Positions 38,916 to 48,014 of a stretch of 64,000 nucleotides of DNA are shown in pieces. The notes below the pieces were generated by a model that was given only the letters and a program-made list of their open reading frames with translations, was not told the DNA's origin and searched no databases. Each line of letters starts with the position of its first letter. The stretch's first letter is position 1. Source of the DNA: Campylobacterales bacterium. Its GTDB lineage: Bacteria > Campylobacterota > Campylobacteria > Campylobacterales > UBA6016. The stretch lies in contig JAYSBP010000003.1 in NCBI GenBank assembly GCA_041915365.1, positions 21,048 to 85,047 on the forward strand. Reading direction: 5' to 3'. Both the position numbers and the translations under genes were made by a program.

Positions 38916-40061
38916 TTAAAAACTGTGGAAAATATCGTGCAAATTTTTTGCACTAATATCCCATGTAAACTTATTGACTGCTGTATCCCTCGCCTTGTCC
39001 CTCATGGAGTCTAGGGAGCCTAAGGCTTTGATGGCACTATGCAATTTTTCAAAACCCTCATCCTCACGAGGTGGATATTCGACAAAAAAACCACTCACAT
39101 TATCCTCAATAGTCTCGCTCAAACCTGCAAATTTTGTAGCAATCAGAATGCAGCCACTTGCTATAGCCTCAACGCCAACTACTGGGTGCTGCTCCCCCCC
39201 AAAAGAAGTTGGAAAATAAACTATATCCGTCACCTTATACACATCTGATAATTTTATATGCGATAATGCGCCTCTTGATATTAATCTTCCGGACAAAGCC
39301 AATCTGTTTTCGAGCTCAATAAACTCCTTATGATTGGTGTCTTTTATCGCATCTGCTGGTGTTGGTCCAACACAAATGAAAAAAACATCATCCCTAATCT
39401 CTACAAGTCTCTTTGCTGCATTTAAAAATCTTCCATATCCTTTTGCTTCTTGTTTTCTGCCAATGTAAGATACGACTATGCAATCAACGGGTAAAGAAAA
39501 TTGTTTTCTAATATTTTTTTTCCCATCTGGCGTTGCAGGAGAAAATAGCTCAATATCTGCGCCGTTATAAACAACACTCACAAGTTCTTCAGGATAACCC
39601 TTTTCGTCAATTAGACGTCTTTTCGTGTATTCCGAACAAGCTATGTACCGATCCGCAAGTCCATTTTTATTAGAAAGTTTTCTCATAGCGTGAACATGGA
39701 CAGCCACTTTTGCGCTCTTCATAGTTTTTTTTCTAAATCTATTTACGTCAAACTCAAGCTGGTGTGCATGAAATATATCAATAGGATTGTTATTTACAAT
39801 TTTTGCAGCTCTATCCTGCAATGGATATGGATCCAATCTTGTTATTTTTTTAAAAAATTTTTCATAAAGCTTACCCTCGGCTATTCTATAAACGTCTCCA
39901 TACTCGCTTTTTTCAAAGTCTAAGTCATATCCCTCTTGGTTTGAAACAATATACACGTCGTCGTTTTTTAAAAATTTCGCAAAATTTTGCGCAACTATCG
40001 CAGGAGCAAAACCGCGCACATCTGGTACTGCGCCGTGAGGAACATATTCACATATTTTCAT
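38916..40061 (-). CDS. Glycosyltransferase family 4
   Basis: GT-B pattern FPTSFGGEQHPVVGVEAIASGCILIAT. Contains a G7 tract on the coding strand. Confidence 0.75.
   Translation of the reverse strand: MKICEYVPHGAVPDVRGFAPAIVAQNFAKFLKNDDVYIVSNQEGYDLDFEKSEYGDVYRIAEGKLYEKFFKKITRLDPYPLQDRAAKIVNNNPIDIFHAHQLEFDVNRFRKKTMKSAKVAVHVHAMRKLSNKNGLADRYIACSEYTKRRLIDEKGYPEELVSVVYNGADIELFSPATPDGKKNIRKQFSLPVDCIVVSYIGRKQEAKGYGRFLNAAKRLVEIRDDVFFICVGPTPADAIKDTNHKEFIELENRLALSGRLISRGALSHIKLSDVYKVTDIVYFPTSFGGEQHPVVGVEAIASGCILIATKFAGLSETIEDNVSGFFVEYPPREDEGFEKLHSAIKALGSLDSMRDKARDTAVNKFTWDISAKNLHDIFHSF
39194..39200. repeat. C7 (coding-strand G7) homopolymer inside a GT4 gene
   Basis: gctCCCCCCCaaaag, encoding FGGE (TTT GGG GGG GAG). 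The longest G/C run I found in the window. Confidence 0.9.
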
Positions 40062-41059
40062 AATTCAACCCTGCATTTTGTATTTTCTTCTGTTGCAACA
40101 CCTGCAAATATCGCAACGTTAAAACCATTTATGGCATCTTGTATACACATTGGCTTTTTGCACCATTCAATATGGCAAAATATCCCTTTGAGGGCCGCAT
40201 CTCTCATAGGTGTGCATTTCCAGTCAAAATCAACTATCGTCTCTGGCGCAGTCGGACCAAATATGCCGATAGACTTAATGCCTAGCGTATTGGCTATATG
40301 AAGCGGACCGGCATCTACGCCGACAAATAAATCACATGTTTCCAAAAGAGTCAAAAATTCATCTGACGAGCTTTTTGAGAAATAAAATTTTTCAATTTCG
40401 TTTATCCCTTTAAGCTCATTTGTGAAGCCGCAGATTGTAATTTTGGTATTTTTGTATAGCTCTTTCAGTTTCGATATAAGCTGTTTTGTCATATTGTTGT
40501 CAAGGCTTTTTGTAATGTCTGTCGAAAAAGGAACCAATATAATATTTTGAGCATTTTTTGGAAACGGCATAGTCACATTACCCAACAACTTCGACTCAAG
40601 CCCAAAATACTCTCGCACCCTAGCGTAGAGATTATACGCTTTGTCCCACTGCTTAAATCTTTTAAAGATTGAGTATTTTTTTGCAAACGAAGCAAAGAAT
40701 TCGGCATCATCCCCGTGACTCCAAGGATTAAAACCCAAATCCGCATTAAATCGTTTAAGTTTTACGAGTGATGGAATAATAGAAAAAGGATTTCGCTTGT
40801 TTACACCAACAACTTCTATCCCGCCCCCTAGAATCTCTTTTGCATAGGGCACAAGTTGGTTTGTCGTAAAAAGCAAATATTGCTTGCTTTGGTTGACTTC
40901 AATGAATTCTCGAATAACCTTAAAAGATATTATCCCATCACCATACCTGCTAAATACAGCAAAAAATACTCTATCCGCCAAATGTATGTCTTCTGCTCCG
41001 ATTGCTGTTTCTTTGTCGGAATGCTTGGCAATAAAATATTTAAATAATTTCTTTAGCAT
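40058..41059 (-). CDS. Divergent GT9-like glycosyltransferase (paralog of 37842-38888)
   Basis: FVGVDAGPLHIANTLGIKSIGIFGPT GT9 motif and a YGDGIISFKVIREF N-terminal motif. Confidence 0.6.
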   Translation of the reverse strand: MLKKLFKYFIAKHSDKETAIGAEDIHLADRVFFAVFSRYGDGIISFKVIREFIEVNQSKQYLLFTTNQLVPYAKEILGGGIEVVGVNKRNPFSIIPSLVKLKRFNADLGFNPWSHGDDAEFFASFAKKYSIFKRFKQWDKAYNLYARVREYFGLESKLLGNVTMPFPKNAQNIILVPFSTDITKSLDNNMTKQLISKLKELYKNTKITICGFTNELKGINEIEKFYFSKSSSDEFLTLLETCDLFVGVDAGPLHIANTLGIKSIGIFGPTAPETIVDFDWKCTPMRDAALKGIFCHIEWCKKPMCIQDAINGFNVAIFAGVATEENTKCRVEL

Positions 41060-42146
41060 CCACGCTCTTTATAAAATTTAGGAGTTGTTCGGCTCTTCTG
41101 CTTGGCTGCATAGCTGATATTTTGGCATAAGAGGCAACGGCCAACTCTTTCGCTGCACCATTGTTATTCAAAAGATATGTTAATTTCTCACCCAAATCCA
41201 TCCCGTCCCCAGCCCTAAACTCAAGCGCAACACCGTTTGTTATCTCTTTTATTGACGGTATATCGGACGCCACCACTGCGTTAAATGAAGCCATGTACTC
41301 AAATAGCTTCAGGGGAGATGTAAATTTATCGAATACACTTGTGTTATTTGGCAACACACATATTCTAGTCTTAGTTTTTAGCAGTTCTTCGACTTTTGCA
41401 TGAGGCATTCTACCCAAAAACTCAACATTATCGTCTACGCCAAGTTCTTTCACGAGAGCCTTCAGAGCCTCCTCATTCCCGCCTGAGCCAATAAGCTTTA
41501 TTTTTGAGTTTACCGGCAAATATTTTGCCGACTTTATCAGCGTATCCACGCCCTTCCATACCTGAAAACTGCCGATATAATACACCTCATTTAAAACATC
41601 AAACTCTTTTTTGTCGGCATCGGCCACTTGCTCGCTAAAACAAAGAGGCAGAACAATACTTTGCGGAAGCACAAAATGCTTTTCAAACTCTTCTTTTAGA
41701 GTTTGAGAGATAAAGACTATGCCTTTACTATTTTTATAGACAAATTTTTCAATGTTTTCGACGGCTTTTTTTTTGTTATCCAGTGCAGAATCCGCAAATA
41801 TCTCGTGCGCCTCAAAAATAACGTTAAAGCCCTGTTTTATCAAGTATTGTGCAGTTTTTAGATGACGAACATAAACAACGTCATAATTTACGCCTCGCAA
41901 GTGTCTAGCAAGAAAAAAATTGAATATCTTGTTGCTTCTAATAAATAATTTTTTTGTGATTTTTATAAGTGAAAAAGTTTTTTGAACACCGTAATAACTA
42001 CATATATCATCAATATTTGAGCCATCTTTTTCACATATTAGCGTCGTCTTAGATATTTCCCCAAGTGTTGAGGCAGTCTTTACTACCGTTACCGTTCTAG
42101 CTTTTTGGGACGGTAGAGTTTCTGGATAAATAATTGCTATTTTCAA
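41040..42146 (-). CDS. Glycosyltransferase family 4
   Basis: MKIAIIYPE N-terminus (TTG start). GT-B C-terminal pattern FTSPLKLFEYMASFNAVVASD. Confidence 0.75.
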   Translation of the reverse strand: MKIAIIYPETLPSQKARTVTVVKTASTLGEISKTTLICEKDGSNIDDICSYYGVQKTFSLIKITKKLFIRSNKIFNFFLARHLRGVNYDVVYVRHLKTAQYLIKQGFNVIFEAHEIFADSALDNKKKAVENIEKFVYKNSKGIVFISQTLKEEFEKHFVLPQSIVLPLCFSEQVADADKKEFDVLNEVYYIGSFQVWKGVDTLIKSAKYLPVNSKIKLIGSGGNEEALKALVKELGVDDNVEFLGRMPHAKVEELLKTKTRICVLPNNTSVFDKFTSPLKLFEYMASFNAVVASDIPSIKEITNGVALEFRAGDGMDLGEKLTYLLNNNGAAKELAVASYAKISAMQPSRRAEQLLNFIKSVDAKEII

Positions 42147-42194
42147 AAATTACTTACCTTTTTTTGGCTACAATGGTAGGAAATTGAGGCTTAA

Positions 42195-43127
42195 AAAGGG
42201 ATTCACATTTTTTCAAAACTCACAAAAATATTCAAAAAACAAAAAAGTGCAAAATCAAGAGATGTAGCGTATTTCGAGCTATCGAACATATGCAACGCAA
42301 AGTGCATTTTTTGTCCATATCCGCAAATCTACAAACAAAAAGATTTGGGTTATATGAGCGAAGAAGTTTTTTGTAAAAGCCTAGAAAAAGCCTATGAATT
42401 AGGCTACAAAAAGCTAAATTTTACTCCGACGACGGGCGAGCTACTACTACACGAAAAGTGGATCGAGTTTATTCAAACTGCACTTAACGATGACAGAACC
42501 GAGAGCGTTTATTTTTATTCGAATGCAATACTTTTAGATGATGAAGCGGTAGATAAAATCATGTCGCTCAAAAACATACAAAAGATATCGGCGATATTTT
42601 TCTCAATCGGCGGAGTGGACAAAGATAGCTACGAATTTATGTATGGCGTGAATAAATTTGATGCAGTTTGTGCAAATATCAATACCCTATGCGAAAGGCT
42701 AAAAAAGGCTGGATTGGAGCTAAAAATCAACTGCGAACTTAGGGTGCCAAAACATATAAAACCAAATCTGCAAGAGATAAGCGCCAAACTCAATAGCTTC
42801 GGATATACGAATTTTCATCTAGACTATATAGATCGTTACGATAATATAGGTGGCATGATAGATTCAAAAGAGCTTGATTATTTGACGAAAAAAGACAAAA
42901 CGACGCCTTGCTACAGGCTAAACGACATTAAATTTGATATTCACGGAAACATATGGGCTTGTGGGTGTGTGGTAACGGAACAACAAGATAACCGTGGGCT
43001 AACAATAGGCTCCGTAGACGAAAATGCAAAAGAACTAAAAACGAAACATATTGAAATTTTTGAAAAATGGAATGAAAATATCCCTAAGATCTGTAGTGAC
43101 TGCAGACTATATAAACCTAAAGGCTAG
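42195..43127 (+). CDS. Radical SAM enzyme with C-terminal Cys-rich (twitch/SPASM-like) region; start codon unresolved
   Basis: The open frame from the TAA at 42192 encodes YFELSNICNAKCIFCPYP (CX3CX2C) at 42270-42323, upstream of the ORF-track start (TTG 42345). There is no ATG, GTG or TTG between 42195 and 42344. C-terminal cysteines are PCYR...ACGC...CSDC. Confidence 0.6.
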   Translation, partial: KGIHIFSKLTKIFKKQKSAKSRDVAYFELSNICNAKCIFCPYPQIYKQKDLGYMSEEVFCKSLEKAYELGYKKLNFTPTTGELLLHEKWIEFIQTALNDDRTESVYFYSNAILLDDEAVDKIMSLKNIQKISAIFFSIGGVDKDSYEFMYGVNKFDAVCANINTLCERLKKAGLELKINCELRVPKHIKPNLQEISAKLNSFGYTNFHLDYIDRYDNIGGMIDSKELDYLTKKDKTTPCYRLNDIKFDIHGNIWACGCVVTEQQDNRGLTIGSVDENAKELKTKHIEIFEKWNENIPKICSDCRLYKPKG

Positions 43128-43129
43128 CA

Positions 43130-44080
43130 ATGCATTTTATACTATCAAACTACGGTGAAAAATATTTTGGCTATGTATTTGCGTGTATATACTCTATTAA
43201 AAAGACAAATGAAAATGCAGTAATAACACTGCTTTGGCAAGATATGGTAGACGAAAAAATAAATGTCCTAAAAAGCTTCTATGATGACGTAAACTTTATA
43301 CAGACAAATTTTAATTTTTCTGATAACGAAATTCTAAGAATGTCTAGCAAGAATGTGATATTTGACTTTGCCATGAAAAATATACCACTCAAAGACGCCG
43401 AAGAACTATGTTTACTGGATGTTGACATGGTTATTTTGGGTAGCATGGATAGCTATTTCGATGCTGATTTTGATATAGCTATTACAGATGACCAAAACAG
43501 ACCTACACCACTTAATGCAGGATTATTTTTAGCAAAATATTCAAAAATTTCACAACTTTTTTTTGAGCGTTGGGCAACTGATACGCTAAAAATATTTGCA
43601 AATCCGATAAAAATGGAAACATCTCTTGCGAGACCGTATAGCGGAATAGAGCAGATGTCCCTTTGGGAGCTCATAGATTACCCGTCACTCAAAAATAATA
43701 CACTCAATAATATTGAAGCTAACGGCGAAACAATAAAAATTAAAAAAATACATTGCAAAGAACTAAATCATATTTACAATGGCAATATTGAGGAAAATAC
43801 AAAAGTAATACATTACAAAGGTGTCTGGAATGATTTTTTAATAAACGGCCTCATTCCATCGCCTCGCAATTTCCAAAAATATAAAATATTTGGCAATACA
43901 TTTAATGAGGCCCTAACAAAACTCAACACCCAATTGAGAGCAAACTATTCGCAAGAGTTTTTCAATATTAGGTTACACAAACTTTTTTACGAAGACGCAC
44001 TGTCTAAATACGGCCTGAAATATAATGTAGCTAGAAATGTTTATAAGATCAAAAATTGGCTATCAAAGAAATTTGCCTAG
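43130..44080 (+). CDS. Hypothetical protein, possible GT-A-fold nucleotide-diphospho-sugar transferase (GT8-like)
   Basis: Begins 2 nt after the radical SAM stop. LLDVDMVILG (DxD-like) and PLNAGLFLA resemble GT8-type enzymes. Weak, motif-level only. Confidence 0.4.
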   Translation: MHFILSNYGEKYFGYVFACIYSIKKTNENAVITLLWQDMVDEKINVLKSFYDDVNFIQTNFNFSDNEILRMSSKNVIFDFAMKNIPLKDAEELCLLDVDMVILGSMDSYFDADFDIAITDDQNRPTPLNAGLFLAKYSKISQLFFERWATDTLKIFANPIKMETSLARPYSGIEQMSLWELIDYPSLKNNTLNNIEANGETIKIKKIHCKELNHIYNGNIEENTKVIHYKGVWNDFLINGLIPSPRNFQKYKIFGNTFNEALTKLNTQLRANYSQEFFNIRLHKLFYEDALSKYGLKYNVARNVYKIKNWLSKKFA

Positions 44081-45152
44081 CGGTTTTTGAAAAAACGGCA
44101 TCAACCGTCATCATCTTCATGCCATCATTGGCTCTTTTTGACTTCGCAATACCTACTATTAGTGAATGCCCATCTTCAAATATCACCACGTGCCTATCTA
44201 AATCTTGGTAAGCACCAAACATTTTAGGCTCACTCCCTGCAAACATAGATACTGTACGCACCCTAAGCGCAATAGCAACATGCATAGTTCCCGTATCGTT
44301 CGTCACTAGCACATCCATCTCGGATATTAGTTTTGGCAAATTCTCAATGGCAAATTTACCGCAAAAATTTATTATCCGCTCGCTATTTGCCCCTTTTATC
44401 GCCTCTCCAAGCTTGTGCTCTTTTTTGCTTCCCGTTACCGCTATTATCGCATTTGGATACTCTGCCAGCACTCTATTCGCAAGCTCTTTGAAATTCTCTA
44501 CAGGCCACATCTTATATACGTTCGCCGCCCCTGGCTGAAACCCAATAACAAGAGCGTCACTTGGCAAAAACTCACGCTTTTTATCCTCATAGTACCTAGG
44601 CGGAAGCGACATTCTCGTGGTTAGCTTATCTGCACCAATGGCTCTTGCGAGGTCTAGTCTATCCTCTATCGTATGTTGCTCTTTTTTTGAAAACCCGTAA
44701 CTCAAATGGTGTTTATATGGACTTTTAGTTGGGGTCTTAAGTATTATTTTTGCCCCGCTCATAATAGCCATCGGTATATCCTGTGGGCCGTTGGAGTGCA
44801 TAAGTAGTGCAATATCGGCTTTTAGATGTCTAAGCTGCATCAGCGTAGCAAAAAATTTTTTGTAGCCGCCGTGATATATCACAAAATTGTCTATGTATTC
44901 ACTCCCCTCAAAAAGCGGATACACATTTTTATTGACAAATAGAGTAACTCTAGCATTTGGAAAAGAGTCTTTTAGGCTTTTGATTGCGGGGGTCGATAGT
45001 AGTGTATCGCCAAGAGCGGTATTCGAAAATATCAAAATGGATGTTTTTGGCGTATTTTTTAGCTCGTCATACTCTTTTTTTAGCGGCGCACCAGCAATGC
45101 GAATAAAAACCCAAAGGGTAAAATCCATTAGAGCTTTGTAGACAAATTTCAA
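44049..45152 (-). CDS. Glycosyltransferase family 9
   Basis: ILIFSNTALGDTLLSTPAIKSLK and LVTNDTGTMHVAIAL. TTG start overlapping the upstream stop (TTGA). Confidence 0.75.
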   Translation of the reverse strand: MKFVYKALMDFTLWVFIRIAGAPLKKEYDELKNTPKTSILIFSNTALGDTLLSTPAIKSLKDSFPNARVTLFVNKNVYPLFEGSEYIDNFVIYHGGYKKFFATLMQLRHLKADIALLMHSNGPQDIPMAIMSGAKIILKTPTKSPYKHHLSYGFSKKEQHTIEDRLDLARAIGADKLTTRMSLPPRYYEDKKREFLPSDALVIGFQPGAANVYKMWPVENFKELANRVLAEYPNAIIAVTGSKKEHKLGEAIKGANSERIINFCGKFAIENLPKLISEMDVLVTNDTGTMHVAIALRVRTVSMFAGSEPKMFGAYQDLDRHVVIFEDGHSLIVGIAKSKRANDGMKMMTVDAVFSKTARQISLIANF

Positions 45153-46153
45153 ATCATATTCCTAACGGAGGCATATACCTCATCTGGTGAAATATCGTCC
45201 GCCACCTTTGAGTCAGCTGTTAAAACAACACTTTTTAGATGATACGGTCTCCATGTATCCACATTTGTCTTCCCAAATATCGCAACCGCAGACGGAGCAA
45301 ATGTGGCGCCATAGTGCATAGCGCCACCGTCTAACGTCACAAAGCAAGCCGAGTATTTACATAACACTCCAAGCTCGGATAGCGAAGCAGTCTCGAAATA
45401 CTTAATTCTATCGCTACAAAATAGCTCTTTTGCTTCGCCTTCTTCAACGCTTTTTGGTGCGGCGGTCACCGCAACTTTTAGCCCTGAATGCACCGAAATC
45501 AGCGAGGCTAATCTCAAAAACTTATCAATTTTCCATCTATTCACAGGTAGTCTTGATGAGATGTGAAATACCACATATTTACCACACTCAAAATCAGACT
45601 TTTTTAACCTAAAAAGCACGTTATCATCGGTAGCGGTAGATATATTCACATAAGGGCTATATTTTTTGTCTTCAACACCAAATATCTTTAGGCATTCAAA
45701 AGTATTTTCCACTTCGTGTTTACCGGCAGGATTTTCATCGATAAAGGCGTCAAACGAAGCCATATCTGATGTTTTTTGTGGCAACCTCACGACTTTCGTT
45801 TTTGCCCCACTCCATCTCACAAGGGCTGCATTTGAACGGCTAAAGGAGCTACGAAGTCCGACGGCGTAATCAAATCTCTCGCCCCTGATGGCAAACATTG
45901 TGCCTAGATGCCCTATCCACGCCGACAACTTAGCCGCTAAGCCGCTGTGATGCTTTGCCTTTTCATACACAAAAAGCTTATCTATACAAGGATTGTCCAG
46001 GAATGCCTCTTTGGAATATCCGGCGCACAAAACCCCCACAAAACAGGTCGGATATTGCTCTTTTATCGCCTTCAAGGCCGGCGTTGATAGTACGGCGTCA
46101 CCGATGTTGTCGTTTCGCACAAGCAGGATTTTTTTACCGTTTAAATCTAGCAT
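45149..46153 (-). CDS. Glycosyltransferase family 9
   Basis: ILLVRNDNIGDAVLSTPALKAIK and VTLDGGAMHYGATF. The ATG at 46153 (MLDLNGKK) is preferred over the GTG at 46195. Confidence 0.7.
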   Translation of the reverse strand: MLDLNGKKILLVRNDNIGDAVLSTPALKAIKEQYPTCFVGVLCAGYSKEAFLDNPCIDKLFVYEKAKHHSGLAAKLSAWIGHLGTMFAIRGERFDYAVGLRSSFSRSNAALVRWSGAKTKVVRLPQKTSDMASFDAFIDENPAGKHEVENTFECLKIFGVEDKKYSPYVNISTATDDNVLFRLKKSDFECGKYVVFHISSRLPVNRWKIDKFLRLASLISVHSGLKVAVTAAPKSVEEGEAKELFCSDRIKYFETASLSELGVLCKYSACFVTLDGGAMHYGATFAPSAVAIFGKTNVDTWRPYHLKSVVLTADSKVADDISPDEVYASVRNMI

Positions 46154-46916
46154 AAAGCCCCCCAAGTATCGGCGACGAATAAAGCCTAAGGGCACCCCGT
46201 AGCCATTTTGCGTCTTTATCTTTTGTTGAAATTCTCTTAATTTCGCTTAAATCGTTATCGGCTAAATTTACCCCTCTTTTTGTCGTATAAAGCGCTTCGA
46301 ATCCAATATTCTCAGCCAAATCTATAAGCTCTTTCGTATAGTTGCCCCTAGGCCAACAAAGATGTTTTGTGCTGCCGCCGTGCGCTTTGATATGTGACAT
46401 TGACAGGGCTAGGTCGTCTCTCCACTCATCCATACCGAGCGATTCGTTGTCATGAGCATTTGAATGTGACGCAAAATCAAAAACATCACTCATTTTTTCA
46501 AGGTCACCCCAATTGACAACAGCCGACGCAGGCTCTTCGTATGCTAGCTTTTTGCCTTCACGGTGGTTTGGAATGTATATATCATCGCTTTTTCTTTCAT
46601 CTTCGTTTGAGCGCTCCACCCAGTCGGTCACCACAAATATAGTAGCTTTAAGCGAGTATTTTTTCAAAATTGGATACGCAACCAGATAATTATCTATCCA
46701 CCCATCATCGAATGTAATCAGCACACTTTTTTTCGGCAGTTCTAGATCTCCTCTTTTGAAATCAGCAAACTCTTCGAGACTTAGCGTCTTAAACCCATTA
46801 TCCGCTAAGAACTTTGCATGACTCTCGAAATTCTCGGGTGTTATCGTCACAAGGGCGCCTTTGTGATTGCTCACATGATGATACATGAGGACGGGAACGC
46901 TAAGGGCTTTTTTCAT
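46134..46916 (-). CDS. Polysaccharide deacetylase (NodB homology domain)
   Basis: VLMYHHVS, LITFDDGWIDNY (motif 1), HSNAH (motif 2). Confidence 0.8.
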   Translation of the reverse strand: MKKALSVPVLMYHHVSNHKGALVTITPENFESHAKFLADNGFKTLSLEEFADFKRGDLELPKKSVLITFDDGWIDNYLVAYPILKKYSLKATIFVVTDWVERSNEDERKSDDIYIPNHREGKKLAYEEPASAVVNWGDLEKMSDVFDFASHSNAHDNESLGMDEWRDDLALSMSHIKAHGGSTKHLCWPRGNYTKELIDLAENIGFEALYTTKRGVNLADNDLSEIKRISTKDKDAKWLRGALRLYSSPILGGLYARFKR

Positions 46917-47983
46917 TTTGCCAATATTTCCTCATACTGCTTTAGTGTGTCAGATACCATTTTTTCTACCGAGAATTTCTCAATGACAAACTCTCTGGCT
47001 CTTTTGGAAGCCCCCTCATAAAACTCTTTGTCGGTAATAAATCTCTCTATTTTCTGAGCCAACTCGGTAACATTTTCACACTCAAATAATAGTCCGCTAC
47101 CGTCTTCTTCAAGCGCCTCCGGGATACCGCCGACACGAGAGCCGATCACAGGTATACCACAAGACTGCGCCTCCAGCAAGGCCGTTCCTAGCGCCTCCAT
47201 ATTTGATGGAAGAACGAATAAATCAAGTGCGCTCAAGATATTAACGGTATCGGTGCGAAAACCCGTCATTATGACTTTGTCAGCCATACCGCACTCTTTT
47301 ATCTTATTTTGTAGATTTTCCCACTGCGGCCCCTCTCCGGCTATGACAAGCTTGATGTCATATTTTTCAGACAGCATTTTTACCGCATCTATCAGATCTT
47401 TGTGCCTTTTTGCTCCACGCAAGATTGCAACGATGCCGACTAGAAAAGTATCTTTTGAAATGCCAAACTCTTCTCTAAAGGTGCTATTAGTTTTTTGAAA
47501 GTGCTGCGTATCGACCCCGGTATAAATGAGTCTTATTTTATCTCGTCTTACGCCTCGAGAGGCTATGTATTCTTGTACTCCGACGCTTATAGCGGTCACT
47601 TCGTCCGTCAAATATTTATAGCTAAAAGGGCTGGCAAAAGGCGTTTGAAGATGTCTTACACGCACACACTTCGCACCGGCTAGTTTTGCCGCCATACCAC
47701 CAAGCCAGCCGTCTCTGCCTGAGTGCGTAGATACGATGTCAATACCAAGCTCTTTGATATATTTTGCCAAAGTAAGCACGGCCGTAATGTCATAGCTAGC
47801 ACGGGTACGAACTGGGAAACACTCGATGCCAAGTTCGCTTTGCATAGCCATTAGTTTGCTGTCAGGATTTACGGCAAAATAAGTTTTTATTTTATCTTGT
47901 GGCATATGGTTTGCCAGTCTAACAGTCCTTTTTTCTTGCCCGCCAAGCCCTTTTGACGCCTCTACCTCAAGCACTTTTATCAA
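46913..47983 (-). CDS. Glycosyltransferase family 4
   Basis: GT-B pattern ALDLFVLPSNMEALGTALLEAQSCGIPVIGS. The ORF-track N-terminus (to 48199) overlaps the divergent GT2 and looks non-protein-like. The TTG at 47983 (MIKVLEVEASKGLGGQE) is preceded by AAAAGGG. Confidence 0.75.
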   Translation of the reverse strand: MIKVLEVEASKGLGGQEKRTVRLANHMPQDKIKTYFAVNPDSKLMAMQSELGIECFPVRTRASYDITAVLTLAKYIKELGIDIVSTHSGRDGWLGGMAAKLAGAKCVRVRHLQTPFASPFSYKYLTDEVTAISVGVQEYIASRGVRRDKIRLIYTGVDTQHFQKTNSTFREEFGISKDTFLVGIVAILRGAKRHKDLIDAVKMLSEKYDIKLVIAGEGPQWENLQNKIKECGMADKVIMTGFRTDTVNILSALDLFVLPSNMEALGTALLEAQSCGIPVIGSRVGGIPEALEEDGSGLLFECENVTELAQKIERFITDKEFYEGASKRAREFVIEKFSVEKMVSDTLKQYEEILAK

Positions 47984-48014
47984 ACTTAAATACCCTTTTA
48001 AATACACTTTACGA

